From Octopus sinensis (taxonomy: Eukaryota), in contig NC_042997.1 in the NCBI RefSeq assembly GCF_006345805.1, positions 74,338,001 through 74,402,000 of the forward strand: a DNA stretch of 64,000 nt. The letters run 5' to 3'. Within the stretch, counting starts at the first letter, position 1. Every line of letters begins with the position of its first letter. The notes beneath the pieces were generated by a model that saw only the letters and a program-made list of their open reading frames with translations, was not told the DNA's origin and ran no database searches. The translations under genes were made by a program, and so were the position numbers. Of this stretch, positions 1 to 12,814 are shown one piece after another.

Positions 1-2651
1 CATACTACTCGAAGCCTTTGACGAAATAGAAAGGGATATAGCTTCACTTAATGTGGAAGACAACTGGAGATTTCTACGGGACAATCTGCTGACAGCCACT
101 GACCAGATCTGTGGATGGAGCAAAGTCCCGTCTCGACCCAGAGTAACGTGGTGGTGGAACAATGTGGTGGACAGGGCTATTAGACAAAAGAAACAGGCTT
201 GGAGGGACTGGAAGAACGGTGGTAGCAGGGAATTGTATCAGACTGCCAGAAGGGAAGCTAGGAGACAGGTTTATTTAGCCAGAGGGGAAGCGGATAAGAA
301 AAAATTTGCCAATGTTCTGAGCCGTGAGGATGAAAGACTTGAGATATTTCGTGTTGCAAGACAGTGTGTGAGAGAGAATCGTGATGTGGTAGGAGAGAAG
401 TGTGTTTGCATGGATGATGGTTCACTTGCGCTAAATGAGGATGCAAAGAGAGAGGTTTGGAGATGCCACTATGAAAGGTTGCTGAATAAAGAAAATGAAT
501 GGGATAAAGAGAGTCTGCCGAATGTTGACCCAACAGAGGGACCAGCTATCCGAGTTGATAGTTCCGTGGTAGCTAAGGCAATTAGAAGTATGAAGACAGG
601 GAAAGCCCCAGGCCCATCAGGAATTACTGCAGAGATGCTCAAAATATCTGGTAGTGTCGGCTAATAACCTAGTCACCCGTATAGTCAACCAGGTGATACA
701 CGAAGGAGTCATACCCAATGACTGGCGTAGCAGCATACTAGTCAACTGCTACAAAGGTAAAGGTGATGCCCTAGATACAAATAATTACAGAGGTATCAAG
801 CTGTTGGATCAGGTAATGAAGGTTACGGAGAGGGTCATAGCCCAACTAATTAGAGAGAGAGTTAGTTTAGATGAGATGCAGTTTGGGTTCGTGCAAGGGA
901 AAAGTACCACTGATGCTATATTCCTGGTAAGGCAGCTGCAGGAGAAATACCTAGCCAAAGATAAACCCTGTACCTGGCTTTCGTTGACATGGAGAAAGCC
1001 TTTGATAGGGTCCCCTGATCCCTTATCTGGTGGTCAATGAGGAAACTAGGGATAGATGAATGGCTGGTGAGGGCTGTGCAAGCCATGTACAGAGATGCTG
1101 TAAGTAAGGTTAGGGTTGGCAACATGTACACAGAAGAATTAAAAGTAGAGGTTGGGGTCCACCAGGGTTCAGTACTCAGCCCCCTCCTATTTATCATAGT
1201 CCTCCAGGCAATTACGGAGGAATTCAAGAGAGGTTGCCCCTGGGAGCTCCTCTATGCTGACGATCTTGCTCTAATTGCTGAATCACTATCAGAACTGGAG
1301 GAGAAGTTCCAGGTGTGGAAGGAGGGTTTAGAATCGAGGGGCCTTAGAGTCAACCTAGCTAAAACCAAAGTACTAATAAGTAGGAAGGTAGACAATCCAC
1401 AAATGTCTTCAGGAAGATGACCCTGCTCGATCTGTAGAAAAGGTGTAGGTAGAAACTCTATAAGATGTGCCCAGTGTAAGCTATGGACACATAAGAGGTG
1501 CAGCAATGTCAAAGGTAGGCTAACTGGGAAGATAGTTTTTGTATGTGGCAGATGCTCGGGAGCATTAACCTCCGAAAATCTGCAGAAAACAACTTCCGTC
1601 ACTTTCCAGGGGGAAAAACTAGAAGTAGTTGATAGCTTCCGTTATCTAGGTGACCAAGTCAGTAGTGGGGGGGGGGGGGGCGCTGAAAGTGTAACTGCTA
1701 GAATAAGAATAGCCTGGACAAAGTTTAGGGAGCTCTTACCTCTGCTGGTGACTTACCTCTCGCTCAGAGTAAAAGGCAGACTGTATGATGCATGTGTAAG
1801 CTCGTGAGGAATGAAGCCAGTATGCTCCGATGGATGTGTAACGTCAGTGTACATACTCGACAGAGCGTTAGTACCTTGAGAGAAATGTTGTACCTAAGAA
1901 GCATTAGTTGTGGTGTGCAAGAGAGACGATTGCGCTGGTATGGTCATGTGGCGAGAATGGATGAAGATAGGTGTGTGAGAAAGTGCCAATCCCTAGCAGT
2001 TGAGGGAACCCGTGGAAGAGGTAGACCCAGGAAAACCTGGGACGAGGTGGTGAAGCACGACCTTCGAACTTTAGGCCTCACTGAGGAAATGACCAGCGAC
2101 CGAGACCTTTGGAAATATGCTGTACGTGAGAAGACCAGGCAGGACAAGTGAGCCCAGCCCACTTATGCATGCCTTTCCTCCTTGGACACAAAGACCTGTT
2201 GAGGCTAGCGAAGTCGATATAGAGCCTCATCCGACGACAGGCACCCATGCCAACCCCCTTTGCTTGCGAAGACATGTTGGGGCAAGCGAAATCGAAATCG
2301 AATTGAACCAGCCAGGATCCCTGGTCTGGTGGTACGTAAAAAGCACTATCCGACTCGTGGCCGATGCTAGCCCCGCCTCGACTGGCTTCTGTGCCGGTGG
2401 CACGTAAAATACACCAATCCGACCGTGGCCGTTGCCAGCCTCGCCTGGCACCTGTGCAGGTGGCACGTAAAAGCACCCACTACGCTCACGGAGTGGTTGG
2501 CCTTAGGAAGGGCATCCAGCTGTAGAAACATTGCCAGATAAGACTGGAGCCTGGTGCAGCCTTCTGGCTTCCCAGATCCCCAGTCGAATCGTCCAACCCA
2601 TGCTAGCATGGAGAACGGACGTTAAACGATGATGATGATGATGATGATGAT
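1..2651 (+). mobile_element. RTE-clade LINE, 3' portion, disrupted RT ORF plus 3' UTR and (GAT)n tail
   Basis: ORF pieces 53-2151 carry KAPGPSGI, QFGF, VHQGSVLSP, LLYADD, LRWYGHV and GRGRPRKTW. Frameshifts near 660 and 970, stop at 1420, poly-G at about 1667-1680, 58-bp deletion near 1798. Tail at 2628-2651. Confidence 0.95.
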
Positions 2652-3239
2652 ATATATATTTCTATATACATGTAAATACATATATGCATATATACATGTG
2701 TGTTTCCCTTTCTCTCTCTCACATACACTCACAGATGTGCATACACAGCAGGCATGCACCTGTATTTGTCAACCATCATTTAAAAGCAAGATTAACAGGA
2801 AATAACCAAAGTATTAGCTTACAAATCGTGAACAGTCAATAGCTTTTTAATGCTTTAGAATCATCCCACTTTTGCTTGATAATTATTAATCTTAGAGCTC
2901 TTCCCAAATACAATGTCTAAAGTCAACATTAAGGTGAACTACATTTCTAAATTCTTTGTTACACCCTCCAGTGTTCATATTGTCAGTTGCCATTCTCTTC
3001 ACGAAGAATCCATCTGAAGTTTAAGTTGCATGTGCTAGAAATAGCAGCCAAATCTCTCCTGTGAGCAGACAATAGCTTCATTTAATAATAGTGTCACTTC
3101 AGAAAATCACATTATCAACAACAATAACTTAAATGTTATATATATAATGATTGCCATAGAAACAAATGATACAAATCCATTTAACATTTGTGTTGTTTCA
3201 GAAAATTATGTTATCAATATTAATACAACTCATAATAAT

Positions 3240-5785
3240 GATAACCGACCAAAATTTAAATAATGCAACTAATAATTTAAACTACAATTATGATACAAGG
3301 AAAATTTTAAATGCCACAGCAAGAAAACGCCAAAAAAGAAATGAAATGAGTGGAAATGAGAGAGAGATTCAGACAGCAAGAAATCTAGAGTATCAAAGAC
3401 AGGAAAGACTCAATTCAAAGAAGGACACAGATTGGCTCACCAATTGTTGAGAGAAAATTTGACACTAGAAATAATAAGAGAGGAACTAAAAATTTTGCAC
3501 ATTCTGGCAAGAAATTCTCAGCCTATGGAGAAACAAAAAATTATTTCTCAAGTAAGAACAGATCAAAACTTAAATGATGCAACTAATAACTTAAACAATA
3601 ATATAAGCGTAATAAATAACAATACAAGGAAAATTTTAAATGCCTCAGCAAGAAAATGCCAAAAAGGAAATGAAATGAGTGAAAATGAGAGAGAAATTTG
3701 TAGCATACACTTGAGTGAAATTCCTCTCCTCTCTATTATATATACATATGAACGTAGTAGATAACAGCTAGCCTTTGGCCGCATTTTGGACCCTGTTGTG
3801 TCCACTACTCTGATTGGTTGGAATTGGTGCAATTTGTCTCTTGCTCTATCACACGCCAATATGCAACCCAACCAATCGCAGCCTTCAAATAAGGTCACAT
3901 ATGACAGCCTGTTTTTCTACCTCGGCTGAGCCTACAACTCCTTATAAAAACTTAACTTTTCCTCATCTCAATGTCATTCAGTTCTAGATCTTTTAAGGTC
4001 TGGCCACTGATCACACAAGACACCGCCAGTTCTAGCGACAACACAACAGCAGCCATGTGGAGACTCATCAACTTCGTCCAACAGCATTCAGCAACCTCCA
4101 CCTCCGCCACCACCATTCATCCTAACGTCAACATCTCTCTACGTACACAACAAGCAACTCACCCAGGTTACAACAATGCATTGTTCGTGAACTACTTCAT
4201 AGATCAACAGCGAATATACAACCTGCGAGAACTCTTGTACCAAGTGACCCAGGCAGCAGCCTCACAGCCACAACTGCACATATGACATGTACTGCAACCA
4301 GCTCTGCATCATCGCCGCAACTTCTTGATACGGTATTTCAACTATCATGTACAATTGACTACGAACTGGTATTTATCATTCTTGTGTCTATGAACTTACT
4401 CCTCACTTCGATAGCTATAGACTCTTTCACTGTCTCTTCTTCATCACCATCCTTGTATATTCTTAATGTGTATACATCTATGCCTACATACACTCACATA
4501 CATCTTATTCTTATGGTGGCCTGTCTATTATTCTGTATATATGATGCACACACAATCACACATGTTAACCTATCAATAAATCTTCTCTTAAACATTCTAC
4601 CCAGTTGTGTCTCTTATTTTCCTCTGGCACATATATGCATTGTTCTATTTACATTTATTGTATTGACCATGTGATGTACTAAGGAGCCATTCTTATCACC
4701 TTGTTTTGCACGGATGTCACAAATCACCGACCTGTTTCAGCTCCTTGAAACTACAAAACAATTATAATGGGAGAAGGAGATACTCCACAGGTATCTAAAC
4801 CTTCAATGCCCATTATAAATTCAAAGAGCAAGAAATCAAGAGTATCAAAGACGAAGACGAGAAAGCCTGTCATTTCAAAGAAGGAATGAAATTAGAGAAG
4901 AATACAGATTGGCTCACCAAGTGTTGAGAGAAAATTCAACACAAGAAATAAGAGAGGAAATTAGAATTTTGCACATTGTGACAAGAAATTTTCAGACTAT
5001 GGGGCAAAGATCAAGATATGCTGAACTATGTACTTCTGTTAAATCCTTTACAAATGCAGCATTTGATTATGATCCAACTAAAAATTATGATACTCTATCA
5101 AATTTAGGAACAATGTCAGTAGTTTGTAAGCATTGGTGCGCAAAACTATTTAAGGGTGAACATAAAGGATTATGTTGTTCAAATGGTCAAGTTAAATTAA
5201 ATTTGTTTGAAAGACCACCTGAACCTTTAAATGAACTAATGCTTGAGAGAAAATCTGGATTCCAAAAACTTTTTAAAAGTTATTAAAAAATATAATGAAT
5301 TGTTTTCAATGACATCCTTGTGGGATTCATGCCAGTTTTCAAAATACAAGGTCAAATTTACCATAGAATAAGTTCATTGTATAATACAGATAAAAATATT
5401 CCTAAATATGCTCAAGTTTATTTTATTGATGATTTAAATGACAAAATTAATATCAGAAATAGTAGATTTCCTGCAACAAAGTTACACACTACAAGAGATA
5501 TTCAAGAGATGTTTTTGGAAAATAATGAGCTTATTAGATAAATTAAAACTATGGCATCTTTGGTTAACAAACCAAATCTTAAATTGTCAATTTGTGCAGA
5601 TAGAGACCAGCGGTGAGCACGGACGAAGGTACAATGACAGTATCTAATGATGTGCGATTAGAAATGGTTGGAACAAAAATTCGACAAAGAAACAATTCTT
5701 ACCTATAAAGTTAATAATTTAAAGAAAATCAATGAATTACATAGATCCTTTGATCCATTACAATATACTTTGATTCATTGAATCT
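3240..5785 (+). mobile_element. Helitron fragment (N-terminal repeats and Rep-proximal zinc-finger region), interrupted by an LTR-like insert
   Basis: MSVVCKHWCAKLFKGEHKGLCCSNGQVKL..PPEPL, GFMPVFKIQGQIYHRI, PKYAQVYFID, NELHRSFDPLQY. About 315-bp tandem units at 3243 and 3557. Confidence 0.85.
3699..4817. mobile_element. Putative solo LTR (1119 bp) with 4-bp TSD AATT
   Basis: Starts TGTAGC and ends CATTATA (possibly decayed CA). AATT at 3695-3698 and 4818-4821. Removing it restores Helitron repeat gagagaaattcaaagagcaagaaatc. Contains ATTGG and CCAAT boxes, TATAAAA and AATAAA. Confidence 0.65.
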
Positions 5786-5949
5786 AAAATATAGCTTACA
5801 TCAATAAATGATAAGTCATTCTAGTATACAATAAAAGGGACAGTTTCTATATTTATTGCAGGACAATCTTTTTACCGAATAGCATTGTATATTGTTTTAT
5901 CAACTATATCATGTCACATAGTGAAGTAGTACCTTGGTTATATTTTGGG

Positions 5950-7190
5950 AGCTGCTAATCACATGTGTAAGGTCTTCCACAGAAATATGACGTAATCTGT
6001 ATTTTCAGTTGCATATTGGACCTCCAAGGGCTTCACTGTCTCTTTTGCTTATTAGGCATTTTCTAGCAATCACCCATTCTTGGATTACAAATGCATTAGT
6101 GTGATGTGCTAAATCAGTCCTGAGTCTAAGAAAGGCTGCGATTCATGTTGATATTACTGTCTTCTTTGAGACTTTGAGAAACATACCCATGCATAGTCTA
6201 TTTTTGGTATGTCGAGCATTTTACATCCAGGTCTCCTTTGAGGTATGTTAGTTAACCCAGCTGTTTTGGGGTTGTATGGGAGGACATTAGGAAGAGAGTA
6301 CTTCCTGAGGAGCTGACTGTGGGATATTGTTCTCTTCACTTTCCAACACTAAGTTTATGTATTCATTTTTACTGCTGCAGTTTAGCAGATGCTGTCTGAG
6401 AGAGACTATACAGCAACCAAAGGCTCTCTGCACTCAAACGCTTATCTCCTTCATCTCTTCCTAGGTAGACTCTGCTAATATCATTATTTCTGTAGAAGTT
6501 TCCAGTTGATGTCAGAGTCTTGCAGGTTTTAATGTCTATGGAATGGATTTCCTCTACAGACTAATCAAGTTTCCCACATTTGGTAATCAACGCTGGTACA
6601 GTGAATGCATTGTGGGATACTGTCTTGTAAGAAGAAAGTTCTAACTGCAATATTTTTCTAAGTCTGGTGTAATACTGTCATATCTCTATTTTAATTTAAA
6701 GCACCCTTATCTGATGTTTTGATTAATGCCTAAGTATTTGTAGTATTCTTTGCATGGAATAGGAGAAATACTGAGCCAGTTGGTGCACAGGTTTGGGGTC
6801 CAAGAGAGGACAGATTTTTTACATTCAACAATCAAATACGAACAGTTCTTTGGCCAAATTCCATTCTGATACCAGCTGAAATCAATAACTCTTGCTGATA
6901 TTTGGCATTTTTACCATTTTTAGCAAATTATAAGTTATGCTGATATCTCTAGCTGTTGTAGACCTTAGCATGTAGCCATATATTTTTTGTAGCATGAATG
7001 ATAATGGATTTAATGCCAAAATGTAGAGTTACAGAAGGAATACTCCCTTTGAAATATTACATTGGAGATGATCATTCCACTCTCATTTGTAAGAGTGAGA
7101 ATGGTTGTCCAGGTCTTTGTGAGTCTTTCAAATAGAGAAATTAACAAGTATCTTATTTAAGCTAGAGGTGTCGGCATTATTGTAGAAAGA
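5950..7190 (-). mobile_element. Degraded R4/Dong-like (RLE) non-LTR retrotransposon fragment
   Basis: Reverse-strand remnants resembling IFQGDS..LALNPLSF, DLKLFAKN, MEFG and IDIKT.K.LT.TGNF. Homologous to 32540-33100. Confidence 0.7.
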
Positions 7191-7266
7191 AACATAAAAA
7201 AAAAATTTGAAACAGTCTTCTATGCCTACATATCTGATATTAATTGCACCATGTGTGCATGTTTAT

Positions 7267-7270
7267 GTGT

Positions 7271-7319
<49 letters not shown>

Positions 7320-7337
7320 GTGTGTGTGTGTGTGTGT
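7267..7337. repeat. (TG)n microsatellite
   Basis: Direct reading. Confidence 0.95.
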
Positions 7338-7718
7338 ACATAAAAGAACCTCAATGAGAACAAAATGTTGAATTTGTGAAATATGAGGTTGTGTATTCCG
7401 TTTAAGGCTGAGTATACCAACCGTCTGAACACCCGCGATAAGCTGTATGCTATGTTCTTCCTCCTCGATTAGGTGATTCAATGTGTGTAGTGTATGGAAG
7501 GGTTGAAAAGTCAATTTTGGGTTTGCAGAGACATATGGCAATTCACAGGAATCATACACCACTCCAGTGGAAGTTACAACTTTCGGCTGTCACCTATGCT
7601 TCAAACTAAACAGATTTGCAGTGGGACTGAGAGAGCAATGACAGAAAGTCAGAAGTGCCCTTGACAGTGAGGAAGCTCAGAAAGGTGGCTATCATCTGTG
7701 AAGATGGAGCAATCACTA

Positions 7719-7757
<39 letters not shown>

Positions 7758-7936
7758 ACCTTTTTATTATTTTCAATTAGCAGTAAGTTACAAAAGTGAC
7801 AAAACTCTTGGCTCTTGAGCCATTTTGTATCTTTCTGCCAATTAAAAAAATAAAAACCTATGTATACTTATGTAATGAGATCTATCCACAAAACATATAT
7901 ACTGTAGTGAGAACATGAAATAATTCAATTTTGGAA

Positions 7937-10900
7937 CATCATCATCATCATCATCCTTTAACGTCCGCTTTCCATGCTAGCATGGGTTGGACGGTTCGAC
8001 TGGGGTCTGGGGAGCCCGAAGGCTGCACCAGGCCAGTCAGATCTGGCAGTGTTTCTACAGCTGGATGCCCTTCCTAACGCCAACCACTCCGAGAGTGTAG
8101 TGGGTGATTTTATGTGCCACCGACACAGGTGCCAGACGAGGCTGGCGAACGGCCACGCTCGGATGGTGTTTTTATGTGCCACCGACACAGGTGCAAGACA
8201 AGACCACGCTCGGATGGTGTTTTTTATGTGCCACCAACACAGGAGCCAGATGAGGCTGGCGATCGGCCACGATCGGATGGTGATTGTTACGTGCCCACAG
8301 CATGGAGGCCAGTCGGTGCGGCACTGGCTACGGCCACGTTCGGATGGTTTTCTCGTGTGCCACTGGCACTGGTACCACAAAGATAAAAATTCCATTGATG
8401 TTCATCTATTTTGATTTTGTTTGATTTTTGATTTTTTGATTTGATTTTCACTTGCCTCAACAGGTCTTCACAAGTGTCACAAGAAGGAAGGTATGCACAG
8501 GTGGATTGACTACGTCCCAGGTAGGGGCCACGGGTTATGGCCTGACTAGTCTTGCCGGGTCTACTCACGCACAGCATACTTCCAAAGGTCTCGGTCTCTA
8601 GTCATTTCCTTGGTGAGACCTAAAGTTCGAAGGTCGTGCTTCACCACTTCGTCCCAGGTTTTCCTGGGTCTACCTCTTCCACAGGTTCCCTCAACTGCTA
8701 GGGTGTAGCACTTTTGCACACAACTATCTTCAGCCATTCTCGTCATATGACCATACCAGCGCAGCCGTCTCTCTTGCACACCACAACTGACGCTTCTTAG
8801 GTTCAACTTTTCTCTCAAGGTACTTACACTCTGACGATTATGAACACTGACATTACACATCCATCGGAGCATACTGGCTTCATTTCTTGCAAGCTTACGC
8901 ATATCCTCAGCAGTCACAGCCCATGTTTCACTACCATGTAGCATGGCTGTACGTACACATGCATCATACAGTCTGCCTTTTACTCTGAGCGAGAGGCCTT
9001 TTGTCACCAGCAGGGGTAAGAGCTCTCTAAACTTTGCCCAGGCTATTCTTACTCTAGCAGTTACACTTTCAGCACACCCACCCCCGCTACTGACTTGGTC
9101 TCCTAGGTAGCGGAAGCTATCAACTACTTCTAGTTTGTCTCCCTGGAACGTGGTAGAAGTTGGTCTCTGCACGTTTCCAGAGTTTATTTCTCCTGAGCAT
9201 CTGCCACATACGAAAACTATCTTCCCAGTTAGCCTACCTTTGACATTGCTGCACCTCTTATGTGTCCATAGCTTACACTTGGTGCACCTTATAGAGTTTC
9301 TACCTACACCTTTTTTACAGATCGAGCAGGGCCATCTACCTGAAGTCGTTTGTGGTTGGTCCACCTTCCTACTTATAAGGACTTTGGTTTTGGCTAGGTT
9401 GATTCTAAGGCCCTTCGATTCTAATCCTTGTTTCCACACCTGAAACTTCTCCTCCAGTTCTGATAGTGACTCAGCAATTAGAGCAAGGTCATCAGCATAG
9501 AGGAGCTCCCAGGGGCATCCTGTCTTGAATTCTTCCATTATTGCCTGGAGGACTATGATAAAAAGGAGGGGGCTGAGGACTGAACCTTGGTGGACCCCAA
9601 CCTCTACCCGGAATTCTTCACTGTACTCGTTGCCTACCCTCACCTTACTAGCAGCGTCTCTGTACATGGCTCGCACAGCTCTCACTAACCATTCATCTAT
9701 CCCTAGTTTCCTTGACAACCAGATAAGGGATCGGGGGACTCTGTCAAAGGCTTTCTCCAAGTCAACAAAAGCCAGGTACAAGGGCTTACCTTTGGCTAGG
9801 TATTTCTCCTGCAGCTGTCTTACCAGGAATATAGCATCAGTAGTACTTTTCCCTGGCACGAACCCAAACTGCATATCATCTAAGCTAACTCTCTCTCTAA
9901 TTAATTGGGCTATGACCCTCTCCGTAACCTTCATTACCTGATCCAACAGCTTGATGCCCCTGTAGTTATTTGTATCTAGGGCGTCACCTTTACCTTTGTA
10001 GCAGTTGACTATTATGCTGCTACACCAGTCATTGGGTATGACTCCTTCGTATATCACCTGGTTAACTATACGGGTGACTATGCTATAGCCGACACTACCA
10101 GAGATTTTGAGCATCTCTGCAGTAATTCCTGATGGGCCTGGGACTTTCCCTGTCTTCATACTTCTAATTGCCTTAGCTACCACGGAACTATCAACTCGGA
10201 TAGCTGGTCCCTCTGTTGGGTCAACATTCGGCAGACTCTCTTTATCCCATTCATTTTCCTCATTCAGCAACCTTTCATAGTGGCGTCTCCAAGCCTCTCT
10301 CTGTGCATCCTCATTTAGCGCAAGTGAACCGTCATCCTTGCGAACACATTTCTCTCCTACCACATCACGATTCTCTCTCACACACTGTCTTGCAACACGA
10401 ACTACCTCAAGTCTTTCATCCTCACGGCGCAGGACATTGGCAAATTTTCTCTTATCTGCTTCCCCTCTGGCTAGATAGACCTGTCTCCTAGCTTCCCTTC
10501 TGGCAGTCTGATACACTTCCCTGCTACCCCCGTTCTTCCAAGCCTTCCAAGCCTGTTTCTTTTGTCTAATAGCCCAGTCAAGGTTTTGGCATTTATAAGC
10601 AGCCATCTTTCCCTTTTTCTGGCAAGGATGTAGTCGATTTGGCTAGTATGCCGGCCCGATCGGTAGGTGAGCAGGTGGCTTGTTGGTTTCCTGAAGTTAG
10701 TGTTGCAGACCATAAGACTATTCGCATCGCAGAACTCCAGCAGCCTGGTTCCCTCCTCGTTGCGGGAACCATAACTGTAGCCTCCATGTACGCCATGGAA
10801 GCCCCCAGCATGTCGTCCAACATGCCCATTGAAATTACCAGCCACAAAGAGAAGGTCCCTGTCGTTCGTCAATGAGGTGGTCTGCAGTAGGGTGTCATAG

Positions 10901-12104
10901 AAACTGTCTTTCTGTCCATCGGGTAGCCCTGGCTGAGGGGCATAGGCCGATATAATGGTTGCTAATCTATTATGAAGCACTATTCTAATCTTAAGTATTC
11001 TGTCACTTACTCTGATTACCTCAATTACTCTATCTACCCATTTCTCAGCAATAAGTATACCCACGCCACCAACCCCGTCAGTGTTCCCTGCCCAGAAAAT
11101 CTTGTACCTGTGTTCCTTGCCTGTGAGGAACCTAGCAGATCCTCCTCTCCACCTTATTTCTTGCATGCAACATACATCAACACATCTCCGTTCAAGCATC
11201 TCGACTATCTCGCCAGACCTACCTTTCAGACTGCCAACGTTGAGGGTGCCCACCCTGAGGGTGTGGAAGGTATGGGCCCGAGAGGCCCAGGGACGGGGAG
11301 CAGTGGCGTCATGTACCTGAAAAGAAGAAGAAAGCTCGCATTTGGCAGAATTCATAAGCAAAGCAATGAACTTAAGTTCAACCTGTTACACTACACTATC
11401 ATGTTTTTGCGCCGTATGGTCACCACCATATATAGAAGGGGTGGTGTTGGCTTAAGGCCTTTAGGTGTTCATGGAAGAAAAGCAAAGGAAGACAAGGTGA
11501 GATAAGGTCTTCTGGTACAGGTGGCGGGCGCACCGCGCACTGGGAGAAGATGAGATTTAGGCGGCAGAAAGAAAGACAAGATTCGAGATGGAATGCTTTG
11601 CGGTCGTGTGCATAAGTTTCTATGAGTGGAAGTTGGGAAAGATGGGTTAGAGAATTAAGCGACAGAAAGACCAGATTTGAGACGAGATGTTTTTGCGCTC
11701 GTGCGAATAAGTTTTTGTGAGTGAAAGTTTATATGCTTCAGCTAGCATTTGAGACGAAAGACAACGATAACGCTAATATATGGGGAAACAATAATAATAT
11801 GGCTTGATGGTGATAATAATACTTGCAAAAACAATGAAAAGAGGAACAGGTCGGGAACTTAAATATGACTTAGCTGATATTTTTCATCCTGCGGTTCGTG
11901 TTTCGTGTGTTACAGCCAGGAGAAATAGTAATGGTAAGGGGCGGTCAAGCCTCGTGCATTGGTTTTATAGGGGAGGGGGTGAGGAGGTGTGAGTAGAAGG
12001 CAGAGCGTATTGGCTAAGCCTGTGGAAGCAAGTGAAGGTGAAATACATACAGAGAGAGAGGGAGAGAGCGAGACAGTGATAACAGAGGGAGAAAACGACA
12101 CCGC

Positions 12105-12167
<63 letters not shown>

Positions 12168-12496
12168 AAACGACAGCGCGCACTGGGAGAAGATGAGATT
12201 TAGGCGGCAGAAAGAAAGACAAGATTCGAGATGGAATGCTTTGCGGTCGTGTGCATAAGTTTCTATGAGTGGAAGTTGGGAAAGATGGGTTAGAGAATTA
12301 AGCGACAGAAAGACCAGATTTGAGACGAGATGTTTTTGCGGTCGTGTGAATAAGTTTTTGTGAGTGAAAGTTTATATGCTTCAGCTAGCATTTGAGATGA
12401 AAGACAACGATAACGCTAATATATGGGGAAACAATAATAATAAGGCTTGATGGTGATAATAATACTTGCAAAAACAATGAAAAGAGGAACAGGTCG
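7937..12496 (-). mobile_element. Near full-length RTE LINE (APE plus RT) with internal deletion, tandem 5' repeats and (GAT)n tail
   Basis: APE ORF 10471-11361 (TLNVGSL, CMQE, SAYAPQ, GNFNGHVG, QIDYIL). 681-aa RT ORF 8561-10606 (VDLEKAFD, VHQGSVLSP, YADD). The two are fused by a deletion near 10580. 3' UTR has about 60-bp subrepeats and the tail starts at 7937. Confidence 0.95.
11534..12496. repeat. 320-bp direct repeats (11534-11853 and 12177-12496), period 643 bp, with (GA)n in the spacer
   Basis: Direct comparison shows 4 mismatches in 320 bp. Each unit has an internal subrepeat of about 50 bp. Confidence 0.95.
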
Positions 12497-12530
12497 TGAA
12501 TCTAAAATCAGATAAAAGTATACATGCATA

Positions 12531-12765
12531 CATCATCATCATCATCGTCATCACCATCATCATCATCATCAATATCACCATTTAATGTCTGTTTTCCTTG
12601 CTGGCATGGGTTGGATCATTTGACAGGATCCAACAAGTTGCAGGACTCCATCGAATTTCAATGTCATCTTTGGCATGTTTTTGGAGTTAGATGTCCTTCC
12701 TCATGCCAATTACAGTGTGTACTGCTATTCAGTGCAATCAGCACTTGTGTGGTTGCCAAGTAACT
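12531..12765 (-). mobile_element. RTE 3'-UTR-derived short repeat
   Basis: (CAT)n followed by reverse-complement tail motif gcatgggttgg. Confidence 0.75.
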
Positions 12766-12814
12766 TATAAGACGAGAAAAGGAAATTGGAAAAGAATAAG
12801 AATAGGATAGGGAA

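Noticed and set aside
8100-8345. CRISPR-like array of about 60-bp units
   Set aside because: These are degenerate tandem subrepeats in the RTE 3' UTR, with no unique spacers and no cas genes, in a eukaryotic context.
10972-11505. 177-aa plus-strand ORF, and similar antisense ORFs over RTE, mariner and Tx1 copies
   Set aside because: Antisense shadows of transposon coding sequence with no domain signal.
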